Below, piece by piece: positions 29,602 through 38,992 of a stretch of 64,000 nucleotides of DNA; the first letter of the stretch is position 1, and each line of letters starts with the position of its first letter. A program made the translations under genes and the position numbers. The notes beneath the pieces were generated by a model. That model searched no databases. It saw nothing but the letters and a program-made list of their open reading frames with translations, and was not told the DNA's origin. Origin of the DNA: an uncultured virus (IMG/VR IMGVR_UViG_3300009786_004548) (taxonomy: Duplodnaviria > Heunggongvirae > Uroviricota > Caudoviricetes); the IMG/VR virus record IMGVR_UViG_3300009786_004548. One strand, 5' to 3'.

Positions 29602-30459
29602 TCAAGTTAAAGAAACCCACGAATATAAAGAATCCTCTAAAGATTTAAAAATAGGCCTCAAAACGATTCCTTCCCCGGCAATCTTATCTGTGTTTAATAC
29701 ACAACTGGATCGAGGAGTATTTACCTTGCCATTAAATTCACGTTCATCTGAAAAGAAGCTAAACTCCTTATTCAAAACAGTTCTTTTAATAATAGAGACA
29801 ACTTCTTCTGTAGTTACTGATCCAGGATTGACAATATTGTAAATTCCCAACGGAGAATCTTTCTCCATTAAATCTAAACAAGAACTAACAAAATCACCGA
29901 TATGAGATAAAGAATTTCTGGCATTTAACAACATATCGTAATTCATCAATTTGGTAAGGTAGTTTCTAGGGTTATCAACATTATCAAATGGAACCCTCAC
30001 TCGCCATATATAACAATTCCCAAATTGACCAATTGCCTTCTCACACAACGCTTTAGTTCCACTATAAAAACTACAAGGAGGACTTGAAAAAGAAAAATTA
30101 GGTTCATCTTCTTCCTTAAAACCATTCCCATCATTATCACCAGAATAAATACACCCAGAAGATACATGCCCCCAATTTATTCCAGCCTTTAAACAAACTG
30201 AGGAAATCAACATAGGCAAATAAACATTTCCCGCTAGAGCAAGATCTTTGTTGCTTTCACAAGCATCTACATTTGGCTTGCCAACATATCCAGCGGCATT
30301 AACAATAAATCCTATATTATTAGATTCAATAATATTTAAAAGAGAATCATATTTACACTGCTCTCTGGAGACAGTAATAAAACTCAAATCTCTTTTTGCA
30401 AGTTCAATAGAAAACTTGCGACCGATATATCCCGATGAACCTATAAGCAAAATCATCAC
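29602..30459 (-). CDS. NDP-4-keto-sugar epimerase/reductase (RmlD/NRS-ER-like)
   Basis: GSSGYIG, GKPNVDACE, SSGCIY, YSGTK. Confidence 0.88.
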   Translation of the reverse strand: MMILLIGSSGYIGRKFSIELAKRDLSFITVSREQCKYDSLLNIIESNNIGFIVNAAGYVGKPNVDACESNKDLALAGNVYLPMLISSVCLKAGINWGHVSSGCIYSGDNDGNGFKEEDEPNFSFSSPPCSFYSGTKALCEKAIGQFGNCYIWRVRVPFDNVDNPRNYLTKLMNYDMLLNARNSLSHIGDFVSSCLDLMEKDSPLGIYNIVNPGSVTTEEVVSIIKRTVLNKEFSFFSDEREFNGKVNTPRSSCVLNTDKIAGEGIVLRPIFKSLEDSLYSWVSLT

Positions 30460-30674
30460 TCATCGCTCCCTTTGAAATTCCTAATTTTATTCCGCATTCT
30501 TAAAATCAAATCATATAAAAAACAAAATTCGCAAATATGACCGACACTTAGATCGCAATGTTCACACATACTTTCATTGCCTTCATTGCCTAAAAGATTT
30601 AGTGCAACTTCTACATCTAGTTCAATATCTCTGTCAGTAAATGCAGAAATTATGATTGGTTTCGTTTTACTCAT
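30456..30674 (-). CDS. Hypothetical protein
   Basis: Start moved to MSKTKP, downstream of the terminator; two CxxC. Confidence 0.5.
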   Translation of the reverse strand: MSKTKPIIISAFTDRDIELDVEVALNLLGNEGNESMCEHCDLSVGHICEFCFLYDLILRMRNKIRNFKGSDE

Positions 30675-30690
30675 AGATGGCAAACCTAAC

Positions 30691-30723
30691 AAAAAAACTC
30701 CCTGTTGGGAACAGGGAGTTTTT
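30691..30723 (-). terminator. Intrinsic terminator, possibly bidirectional
   Basis: aaaaactccctgtt/aacagggagttttt. Confidence 0.85.
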
Positions 30724-30756
30724 AAATTGTTTATAATCACTTAAGAAAAACAAATA

Positions 30757-30987
30757 CTAGTTAATGCCACCATCAGCCATGCCATCACCATCAGCATCAA
30801 CCAATTGATTTCTAAACTGTCTGCATACGGTTATAGCAGGCAAATAAGCTCCGCCATAAGGGTTGCAAAACACATTGACCTTTGGACATTGAGCGTAAAA
30901 ATATCTCCACTTAGTGTTTAAAATCGCTCCATCGCTCTTTTCACAATTTAAACCTGATCCAACTTCGTGACCTAATGAATGTGCCAT
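30757..30987 (-). CDS. Small 4-Cys protein, paralog 2
   Basis: WRYFYAQCPKVNVFC..AY..AITVCRQ; AAGGAG RBS. Confidence 0.8.
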   Translation of the reverse strand: MAHSLGHEVGSGLNCEKSDGAILNTKWRYFYAQCPKVNVFCNPYGGAYLPAITVCRQFRNQLVDADGDGMADGGIN

Positions 30988-31071
30988 TTTCTTCTCCTTA
31001 AGTTAAAATACTTTGACATACAAACAAGTATTCAACTTGTCCTATTATATTTAGGATTAACAATTGCATTT

Positions 31072-31818
31072 TTAAGAAAATGATTTAATATCGGCAACAC
31101 ATTTTTCTCTATTTTTTTTCATAACCTCTATTATCCCATCCACATGTTTGGTAGTAGCATTTCCCTCATGCCAAATCCAACTCTTTGCACATATGGCTTG
31201 CTTAAATCCATATCTTTTCATCCTATAATAAAACTCCTCATCCTCGTATCCGGCATAAGGATATGATTTTATAAACCCATTAACATTAGAAAACAATTCT
31301 CTATGACACAAGGCAGAATATAAAGGAACAAAAGTATCATCTAAAATAACATCTTCAACATGATCATCTATTTTCCCCTCAAGCCTTTTGTCGCCAATTT
31401 GAGGATTGTTAGACCTAGAAGAAACCAATTTGACTCCTTCGTCTTTAAGATTAGACATTGTCTGCATTAAAGCAATTAACCATTGTGAATTTTCAACAAC
31501 ACAATCTGAATGGACAAAACACAGCCACGGAGATTTACTATTTTCAAAACCAATTTTTAATGCGCCACCAAATCCAACTCGCTCATCCGTCCTGACCGCT
31601 GTGATGTACGGAACGGGATTAAAATCTGAAACAAAATTCTTATCAGCAGATGCGTCATCTACCAATATGAACCTAATTCGGTTGCTTTTAACATTTACAA
31701 TTATACTATCGACTAAACGAGCAACTTTGCTTTGTTGATTATGGAAAGGTATTATTATATCTACATTAGAATTGAAAAACGCATAGTGCTTTACAGGGTT
31801 TGGCTTTGAAGTTTTCAC
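31072..31818 (-). CDS. Glycosyltransferase family 2
   Basis: IIIP, LVDDAS, HSDC, YEDEEF. Confidence 0.88.
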   Translation of the reverse strand: MKTSKPNPVKHYAFFNSNVDIIIPFHNQQSKVARLVDSIIVNVKSNRIRFILVDDASADKNFVSDFNPVPYITAVRTDERVGFGGALKIGFENSKSPWLCFVHSDCVVENSQWLIALMQTMSNLKDEGVKLVSSRSNNPQIGDKRLEGKIDDHVEDVILDDTFVPLYSALCHRELFSNVNGFIKSYPYAGYEDEEFYYRMKRYGFKQAICAKSWIWHEGNATTKHVDGIIEVMKKNREKCVADIKSFS

Positions 31819-32879
31819 TTATCCTCTTCACTTGTATTATTTGATTTTTTATTTACTTTTTTCTTTGTTGGCTTCTTTGTTGGCTTCTTTGTTGTTCGCT
31901 TCATTGACTTGACTGATTTTTTAGCAACCACATCCACTTCCGCACAACCTTTAGCCTTTAAAGAAACTTCGCCAACTTCACAATGAACTTTGTCAGTAGC
32001 ATCGTGGGTTTTCAAGGTCATTTCGCCTTTGGAGTGGACGATGCCTTCTTTGCCGCACAAATCATCATCCGCATTAACTTCAACATCCACTTCCGCACAA
32101 CCTTTAGCCTTTAAAGAAACTCCGCCAACTTCACAATGAACTTTGTCTTGTTCGCACAAATCATCATCCGCATTAACTTCAACATCGCCGCTAATATTAA
32201 AACCCCCTGAAGAATCAAACGTGGCACAATAGTGTGCGGTATCCAGTGTCGGCACGTTCTTGTCCATATTTTTTTTATTTGAGTCAAGTAGTGCCACCAA
32301 TGTAGCATTGCTCGGTTTAAACTGGTCGCAATGTGTGAGATGGAGAATAAAGGATGATAATAATGTATCATTTAATTCTTCCAATTCATCTAACTCTAAA
32401 TGAACAAAATCACAGAGCGACGATAAACTACTTAAACTAGAAAATGAATCTTTATCATAATTATCGCCAACACCCACCAATACAAAATTGCAATTCAAAT
32501 CCTTTTTTAAATTATTACGCAACATTAATTCATAACAAGATTTTTGTTCTTCAAAGTATCTGTTTGTTATAATGACCAAAACTGGACTATCGCAATCATT
32601 TGCCACACGATCCAACAAACCAGTCAATACTGTCTGAAATTTAAATGGGCAAGGAAGAGTAAAATCATTTAATTCGGCAGAAAAATAATTTTCATTGATT
32701 TCATTCGATTCAACATCATACAAATCAGATTTAGGATTATGTAAATGAAATATAAAATCCTGTTTCAATTCCCTATAAAGCTTCCTAAGCGACCTCTTAA
32801 TTAAATCGTCAATTCTGATCCCACTGACAGATTCTAAATTTAAATCCAGTGCAATTCCAATTACAGGTTTAATTTTCAC
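31815..32879 (-). CDS. Hypothetical protein with vWA-like N-terminus, internal duplications and Lys-rich tail
   Basis: LVIITN/VLVGVG strands; repeated C-terminal blocks. Confidence 0.65.
   Translation of the reverse strand: MKIKPVIGIALDLNLESVSGIRIDDLIKRSLRKLYRELKQDFIFHLHNPKSDLYDVESNEINENYFSAELNDFTLPCPFKFQTVLTGLLDRVANDCDSPVLVIITNRYFEEQKSCYELMLRNNLKKDLNCNFVLVGVGDNYDKDSFSSLSSLSSLCDFVHLELDELEELNDTLLSSFILHLTHCDQFKPSNATLVALLDSNKKNMDKNVPTLDTAHYCATFDSSGGFNISGDVEVNADDDLCEQDKVHCEVGGVSLKAKGCAEVDVEVNADDDLCGKEGIVHSKGEMTLKTHDATDKVHCEVGEVSLKAKGCAEVDVVAKKSVKSMKRTTKKPTKKPTKKKVNKKSNNTSEEDK
31861..32186. repeat. Interleaved direct repeats (65 bp x2, 34 bp x2) plus a 12-bp KKPT tandem
   Basis: 31930-31994 vs 32083-32147 (1 mismatch); 32054-32087 vs 32153-32186. 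Confidence 0.88.
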
Positions 32880-33276
32880 TTTTTATTATCCTTACCGTAT
32901 CTGAATCTGAGTGTTTAGTAGAGAATTCAAGAACAAGCGTATCTTTTAGACCCATCATTCTATGTCGCATTGGGGGCTTGACATAAAAAGTGTCCCCTTC
33001 ATCCAAAACAATAATTCCTCTCTGCGTGGGGTCACGATTATCCCAAATTGCACAACCACTTTCTTCGGGAAAATCATCATCAAAGGAGTACCAAACTTTT
33101 AGTTTCCCCTCTTGAATATAAAAAGTTTCATCCTTTTGATGGTAATGGAAACTACACTTCTTCCCCTTCTTAAAAAAGAGTAACTTTCCGCAATACTCAT
33201 CTTTATTGACTATCCAAGATTCCCAGCCCCATGTCTTGGAAACAAACTTTACAGGAACGCCTTTATACGGGTGCAT
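32869..33276 (-). CDS. Cupin, sugar isomerase-like
   Basis: K.WG.E, SFHYH..DETF, HR, EFST. Confidence 0.85.
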   Translation of the reverse strand: MHPYKGVPVKFVSKTWGWESWIVNKDEYCGKLLFFKKGKKCSFHYHQKDETFYIQEGKLKVWYSFDDDFPEESGCAIWDNRDPTQRGIIVLDEGDTFYVKPPMRHRMMGLKDTLVLEFSTKHSDSDTVRIIKSEN

Positions 33277-34863
33277 TTAATAATCCTCTAAAATAGAATA
33301 AGCACCATTTCTTCCACTTAGACCTGTGACTCCTCCGCCAGGGTGAGTAGCCGCTCCGCACATATACAAGCCCTCAATAGGAGTTCTATAATCACAATAA
33401 CCAGACACAGGTCTAAAACAATAAATTTGATTGGCCGACATAGCACCCTGAAAAATATTCCCCCCCGTCAGACCATATTTTTTTTCTAAATCTACAGGGG
33501 TTAAAACTTGTTTATGAAGAATCAAGTCCTTAATGTTAGGAGCATAATCTCCAACAGTTTCAATACAAGTATTAAACAAAGCATCTTTGTTCTTATTATT
33601 CCATCCTCCCGACAATTTATAAGGAGCATATTGAATAAAAATCGACATAATATGCTTGCCCTCAGGGGCAATAGTTTTATCTACCATAGAAGGAATGGTT
33701 ATTTCCAACACAGGTTTTCGACTGAATTTTCCTTGTTTTGAATCCGAAAAAGCATCTTCAATATAAGAAACAGATGGGGATATATGAATTGTTCCATTTA
33801 AACAACTAATATCTCTACTTTTTCCGGCTGTGAACTCCGGCACCCCACTTAAAGCCAAATTCACTTTAGCTGACGCTGACGAATAATCAATTCTATTGAC
33901 AGCATTAAAAAACCCATCCGGCAAGGGAGCATCTATTAATTTGTTAAAAGTTAAATTTGCATCGACAGAAGAAGCAACTACATTGGTCTCAAAATAACCA
34001 TTGTCTGTCAAAACCGCCTCTACTTTTGAATTTTTAACTACTATTTGTCTAACTTCGGTCTCTTTTACGAATTCTACTCCGTAATTAATACAACACCTTT
34101 CCAAAGAATCCGCTAATCCTCCCATTCCTCCCTCTACATAGCCCCAGACGCCTCTCTGACCGCCTGCATTGCCCATAACATGGTGTAGAAGAACATATGC
34201 ACTTCCTGCGTCTGAGGGGGACATGTGGGCGCCTATGACGGCGTCTGTGGCCAGCGTAGCTTTAAGAACATCGCTTTCAAACCATTCGTCCAAAAGATCC
34301 ATTGCGCTACCGTTCATCAGTCTAATAGCATCTAGTGAAGCAAGTTTTTTGACCGCACGAGCAGATCTAGATAACCTAACTATATTTCTAATTTTATTTT
34401 TTACACTAAGCTTTCTCCACGGAGAAGGAAGCACCGGAGGGGATTTCTCCATAAGAGGCTCAAGAACCTTTGCCACATCCGTAAGATATTTTTCATATTC
34501 TTTATATCTTATTGCATCTTTGACACTAAATGACCCTATCTCTTCTATATTCCCTTTTTCATCATGCCCTAAGACCAAAGACTTCCCATTCGACAAAGGC
34601 GTAAAAGAAGAAGGATTGCGAGGAAGAATTTTAAAGCCATATTTCTTTAAATCCAAACTCTTAATTATTTTCGAAGAAAATAAACTAATGACATAGGCAG
34701 CGGGCGACACCTTGAATCCAGGCCAAAGTTCTTCAGTAGAACAGCACCCTCCCAACACGTCGCTTTTTTCAATGACACATACTTTGAGTTTCTTCTTTGC
34801 TAAAAACGCCGCAGCAACCAAACCATTGTGACCACCACCAATTATGATTACATCGTATTTCAT
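33277..34863 (-). CDS. Phytoene-dehydrogenase-like FAD oxidoreductase
   Basis: GGGHNGL, GGMG, GLYMCGAATHPGGGVTG. Confidence 0.9.
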   Translation of the reverse strand: MKYDVIIIGGGHNGLVAAAFLAKKKLKVCVIEKSDVLGGCCSTEELWPGFKVSPAAYVISLFSSKIIKSLDLKKYGFKILPRNPSSFTPLSNGKSLVLGHDEKGNIEEIGSFSVKDAIRYKEYEKYLTDVAKVLEPLMEKSPPVLPSPWRKLSVKNKIRNIVRLSRSARAVKKLASLDAIRLMNGSAMDLLDEWFESDVLKATLATDAVIGAHMSPSDAGSAYVLLHHVMGNAGGQRGVWGYVEGGMGGLADSLERCCINYGVEFVKETEVRQIVVKNSKVEAVLTDNGYFETNVVASSVDANLTFNKLIDAPLPDGFFNAVNRIDYSSASAKVNLALSGVPEFTAGKSRDISCLNGTIHISPSVSYIEDAFSDSKQGKFSRKPVLEITIPSMVDKTIAPEGKHIMSIFIQYAPYKLSGGWNNKNKDALFNTCIETVGDYAPNIKDLILHKQVLTPVDLEKKYGLTGGNIFQGAMSANQIYCFRPVSGYCDYRTPIEGLYMCGAATHPGGGVTGLSGRNGAYSILEDY

Positions 34864-35684
34864 TTTTTAATAAACCTATTTTTGAGTTTACGTGAACTTC
34901 CCTGACATAAATTGTACATCTTCCTCCAGTTTTGCGTAAAAGAATGATACACAATTGTAGAATAAAGTTTTACATCACCTTGCATTTTGGGAAAAAAAAC
35001 TTGACTCCTAGGAAAATAAGAAAAATCAATGTCATTATCTAAAACAACTTTAGAAATGGATACCTCTTCTGTCCTCCATTTGTTCCCGTTTTTTATCCAA
35101 CTAGACAACTCCGTGTCGCCACGCAAAATTTCCTCACATTGATTAGCCCACAAAGGGCCGATTCTTTTATGCGAACTATTATTAAACAACATGACCCCAC
35201 TGTTAAATGGTACAGTACTTCCTAAAAAGTCACCACTCCAATCAGAAGGCATATGGCTCTCACAAGCAATAAAATCATTTTTTTGATTTGCATCAAATAA
35301 TTCTTCTATATCTCTAAAAATAAAAGTATCCGCATCTAAAAAAGCAACCGACTCAGCCTCGCACTCACACAAATAAATCTTATTAATTAGAAAATATTCC
35401 AAATAATCTTTTTTCCAAGGTTTGTAAACAACCTTAACATTAAACAAATTGCAGAAATCTGTAAAGAACTCTTTGCCTTTGTCATACTTATCAAAATTAT
35501 AATGAACCCCATTGAAGGATTTGCCAGTATTGATGCCTTCACTATTAAAAATGGTAACAGGAGTGTCAATGAGGTAAAGGTAGATGGGAATAGACTGATT
35601 GTAATTACGAAGCATCTTTATACTGTTCATAACCATGAACATATAAAATGGATGAGGATTAGAAAAATATACGCAAGCTCTCAT
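34860..35684 (-). CDS. GT8-like glycosyltransferase
   Basis: FLDADT, FNSGVMLF. Confidence 0.75.
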   Translation of the reverse strand: MRACVYFSNPHPFYMFMVMNSIKMLRNYNQSIPIYLYLIDTPVTIFNSEGINTGKSFNGVHYNFDKYDKGKEFFTDFCNLFNVKVVYKPWKKDYLEYFLINKIYLCECEAESVAFLDADTFIFRDIEELFDANQKNDFIACESHMPSDWSGDFLGSTVPFNSGVMLFNNSSHKRIGPLWANQCEEILRGDTELSSWIKNGNKWRTEEVSISKVVLDNDIDFSYFPRSQVFFPKMQGDVKLYSTIVYHSFTQNWRKMYNLCQGSSRKLKNRFIKK

Positions 35685-35697
35685 GGAACTATGAGAG

Positions 35698-36303
35698 TCA
35701 CTTTAGCTCAACATTCCAATATGCTTCTCCAAGAAAATGTTCCCAAGATTTAATTTTCACGTCAATGTCTAACATGTTAAATTTGGGCTTAAATGGTTTT
35801 CTCATAAGACTTAAACCAATTTCCGAAAGAAAGCTACTTCCTTTTTTTGCATTGCATTTATTGCAAGCAAGAACGCAATTGGCCCAATTAGACTTTCCGC
35901 CACGAGACCTAGGAACAATATGATCTATAGTTAGCTCTGAGGAATCAAGCTTACGCTCACAATACTGGCAAGTAAAATTATCTCTACGATAAAGATTCCT
36001 CCTATTAAAATAAACCTTCCTATTAGGAAGTTTATTATACCTTCCTAACACAATAATTTCTGGCACTCTAAAAACTAAATTAGAACTACTTATTGAATCT
36101 TCCCCATCACTTGGAACAAACTGGGACCAATCTTTCCAAGTAAACAATTGAAAGTCATTAACAGGGTCTACTATTTTCGCCTTTGATTCACCATCTTTAT
36201 AAGCAGAAAACACAAGTGTTATGGCTCGTTTGAGAGAAACTGAACCAACCGCAACCCATGACTTATTAAGAACCAAAACCTTCTTCTGAAGTGTCGCTGA
36301 CAT
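35698..36303 (-). CDS. HNH endonuclease (McrA-like)
   Basis: RDNFTCQYC, TIDHIVPRSRGG, CNKCN. Confidence 0.93.
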   Translation of the reverse strand: MSATLQKKVLVLNKSWVAVGSVSLKRAITLVFSAYKDGESKAKIVDPVNDFQLFTWKDWSQFVPSDGEDSISSSNLVFRVPEIIVLGRYNKLPNRKVYFNRRNLYRRDNFTCQYCERKLDSSELTIDHIVPRSRGGKSNWANCVLACNKCNAKKGSSFLSEIGLSLMRKPFKPKFNMLDIDVKIKSWEHFLGEAYWNVELK

Positions 36304-36317
36304 ATAATCCTCCTATA

Positions 36318-37124
36318 TTATATAGAATTATTATCTGACATCCTACTCCTAAGACACAGTGGCATCCAGCCTAATTCCATTTCATGATCAACAAACAATT
36401 GGCCTCCTAAAAACTCTTCCGCCGAACCAACTTTCCAGCCAGCAGCGTCAAGTTTTTTTTGTTTAGATTCTTTCATTTTGTATTTTTTACGATTGTGCCG
36501 ATCTTGCTGCGACATTCCGAAGTAACAACAACCATGGCCTTCCTTGTCTGCGGGTTGTGGCGGCATAAAACATCTAACCCCCTCCGCACACCACGCTCGT
36601 GCCGCCAATTGGAAACCATCACATCCCCAACTGCGACCTATCGTCTTTGCTCTAAACAAATGACGTGCCCACTCAGTCTTTAAAAAATAAGATCCACTGA
36701 CAAAATCAACTTCTGTTATCTTCTTAACGTCATCCTTGCCACAAACAATTTCAACTCCTTCTTCAATACGGGTGCTTTCCGACAGCACGCTTCCAACAGG
36801 CCCAATAATTCCTGGGGATCTCTCTATTGTTTTTAGACAATTTTCAATCCACTTATTTCCTAAAAAACAATCATCATCACAAACTAGAGAATAGTAAGTG
36901 TCGGCACAAAGAGAAGTCGCAAATCTTGATTTGAAGTCCCCAGTCGAACAAACAACTTCATCAAAAAGATTTCCCCTTGCCGGATATAAAGACCCCGGAT
37001 CACCATTGTAATGAAGCCATATTTCTTTTGGCTTTATCGTTTGTGACCTTATGGATTGGCAAATACCCTTTAAATTATGAGGTCTGCCGCAACAACTTAT
37101 AACCACAGTTACGTCGCCAGTCAT
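36318..37124 (-). CDS. Glycosyltransferase (GT-A fold)
   Basis: QTIKP, CDDD, VDFV. Confidence 0.75.
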   Translation of the reverse strand: MTGDVTVVISCCGRPHNLKGICQSIRSQTIKPKEIWLHYNGDPGSLYPARGNLFDEVVCSTGDFKSRFATSLCADTYYSLVCDDDCFLGNKWIENCLKTIERSPGIIGPVGSVLSESTRIEEGVEIVCGKDDVKKITEVDFVSGSYFLKTEWARHLFRAKTIGRSWGCDGFQLAARAWCAEGVRCFMPPQPADKEGHGCCYFGMSQQDRHNRKKYKMKESKQKKLDAAGWKVGSAEEFLGGQLFVDHEMELGWMPLCLRSRMSDNNSI

Positions 37125-37196
37125 ATAATACCTCTTCCAATGAAATCTTTAAATCGATAAAATAAATAGTATTCACAATTTAGAATAGTATAAAAA

Positions 37197-37742
37197 ATGA
37201 AATCACTTAGAGGGTATTTACTGGTTGCTTCGCCTGAAATTAAAGATTCCATTTTCGAAAAAAGCACAATATTAATATTAGAACATAGCCACAAAGGCGC
37301 ATACGGAATAATAATAGATAAGTATTTAAAAAGCGCAACAATAGAAAAAATATGGGAAGAATCAACTGGCTACAAACAAAAATCAAATCAATTAATCAAT
37401 ATAGGAGGGCCAATAGATGGACCGATCATATCCATTCATACAAACAAAAAATTAGGAGAAGAATATATTACAAATAAAGTATATTTTACAGTAACAAAGA
37501 AAACAATAAATAAAATAATAAAAAAAGAAAAAACACTAAAAGTTTTCGCAGGTTATTGCCGATGGAAAACTGGTCAAATAGAACAAGAAATTGAATCAGG
37601 TTCTTGGTTTATATTTGAATCAAAATTAGAATATGTTTTTAACTTAAAAGACAGTTTATGGAACGAAATATTAAACACAGAATACCTAGAGATATTAAAA
37701 GCATCAATAAAAAACATACCTTTAGATCCTTCCTTGAATTAA
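37197..37742 (+). CDS. YqgE/AlgH family protein
   Basis: LLVASP, GAYG, GGP, GY..W..GQ.E.E...GSW. Confidence 0.9.
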   Translation: MKSLRGYLLVASPEIKDSIFEKSTILILEHSHKGAYGIIIDKYLKSATIEKIWEESTGYKQKSNQLINIGGPIDGPIISIHTNKKLGEEYITNKVYFTVTKKTINKIIKKEKTLKVFAGYCRWKTGQIEQEIESGSWFIFESKLEYVFNLKDSLWNEILNTEYLEILKASIKNIPLDPSLN

Positions 37743-37787
37743 TAAAGATAAATACATACAGAACAACCTATAGCTATTAAGGATAAT

Positions 37788-37961
37788 ATGAAGAACTACT
37801 GGCTAAACAAGTTAAAAGAAAAAGAAAAAGAAGAATCAGAAGATAACGAAAAAAAAAGAACACAACTAGGCAACATCCTTTGGCATTCGGTTTATAAGAA
37901 AAAAAGCAAAGCATCAAAGGGTCTTTGGCTGCCAAACAATATAGGGAATGATAAAAAATAG
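37788..37961 (+). CDS. Small 57-aa ORF (not in track)
   Basis: MKNYWLNKLKE...; AAGGA RBS; ATAAATA upstream. Confidence 0.5.
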   Translation: MKNYWLNKLKEKEKEESEDNEKKRTQLGNILWHSVYKKKSKASKGLWLPNNIGNDKK

Positions 37962-37980
37962 CCCTATTTCGTCGGCACGC

Positions 37981-38544
37981 TTAACAATCGATTACAACGA
38001 GTTTGCCACTTCTATTGATCCCCAAGTTATCTGAATGCAAATCATCAAATGGCAACCCCATGTTAATGGCTTCGATAAGCCCTGCGGCTTCATTAAAGAT
38101 TTGTAAAAAATCAATTATAACATCTTTCTGCCGAAAAGCTTCTAGGGCTAGTTGCAAAAAGGCAGCAGTTTCTCCATGTTTTTTTGCAGTTTCCAATCCA
38201 TAAGGCATGATTCGAAGAAGTTTTGCAATATCATACTTGCTTTCTAAAACTTCTTTGTATTTGGCAGCCAAATATTGGGACCAATTTATATCAACTCTTT
38301 CTTTGTATGTAATCTGATTTTTTGTGCCAAAAATTTTTGCAACCCCGCCGGTAGCTTGAACTGCCGGGTCAGACATGAATTTTTCGCAGGAATTTGGATC
38401 ATTCCTTTTTTCCATACGCATAACGATGTCGGGATTTTGTGTAGCATACACCGTAGCAAAATGACCACTTCCAATTTCTTCTTGAGGCACAAGTCCTTGG
38501 AGTTCCTCATTTTCAGATAATAACCATTCAAAGAAAGTTTTCAT
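37981..38544 (-). CDS. Minimal protein-kinase-fold enzyme with capsid-targeting-like N-terminus
   Basis: IGSGHFATVY, DLHSDNLG, VVID; begins MKTFFEWLLSE. Confidence 0.75.
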   Translation of the reverse strand: MKTFFEWLLSENEELQGLVPQEEIGSGHFATVYATQNPDIVMRMEKRNDPNSCEKFMSDPAVQATGGVAKIFGTKNQITYKERVDINWSQYLAAKYKEVLESKYDIAKLLRIMPYGLETAKKHGETAAFLQLALEAFRQKDVIIDFLQIFNEAAGLIEAINMGLPFDDLHSDNLGINRSGKLVVIDC

Positions 38545-38552
38545 GGTATTAT

Positions 38553-38990
38553 CTATGCGTTCAGATGAGCAATCGCCCTTTCGGTTATTTCCATAGTTAA
38601 ACCAATTGTTTCATCGACTTGGAAAAAAGACCCTTCTTGTAAGTCTGCTCTTGGATCATCATCAAGAACAACAAACTTTTGAACTGCGTTGTTATCGAGC
38701 CATGATTGTATTTCCTTACTTCGGAATACAAAAGACTCATTAGGCGGATGCTCAATTACAGGGGTACAGTCAAAAATTTCAAGATCATGAGGGGATAGTG
38801 CCTTTTCTACTATTTTTTTATCGTCCTCGTCAATTCTCCAATTAGAAGAAAGGACTATTTTTGCATTTGCTTCTTTAACGATATGAGCCACAAGAGCAAC
38901 ACAGGACTCGTCAATGAAATGATCTCCTAAAATTTTGGCAGTTCGTATGGTGTTTAATACACCATCGATATCAAGGAAAATGATTTTCAT
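38553..38990 (-). CDS. HAD-family phosphatase (RNA-repair-associated type)
   Basis: FLDIDGVLN, VLSSNWR, VLDDD. Confidence 0.88.
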   Translation of the reverse strand: MKIIFLDIDGVLNTIRTAKILGDHFIDESCVALVAHIVKEANAKIVLSSNWRIDEDDKKIVEKALSPHDLEIFDCTPVIEHPPNESFVFRSKEIQSWLDNNAVQKFVVLDDDPRADLQEGSFFQVDETIGLTMEITERAIAHLNA

Positions 38991-38992
38991 AA

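Noticed and set aside
29351..31818. Glycocin/RiPP cluster
   Set aside because: No double-glycine leader, transporter or peptidase seen
33277..34863. Carotenoid biosynthesis
   Set aside because: No phytoene synthase or other crt genes; the family has broad functions
35698..36303. Intron-borne homing endonuclease
   Set aside because: Free-standing with its own RBS; flanking genes are not split
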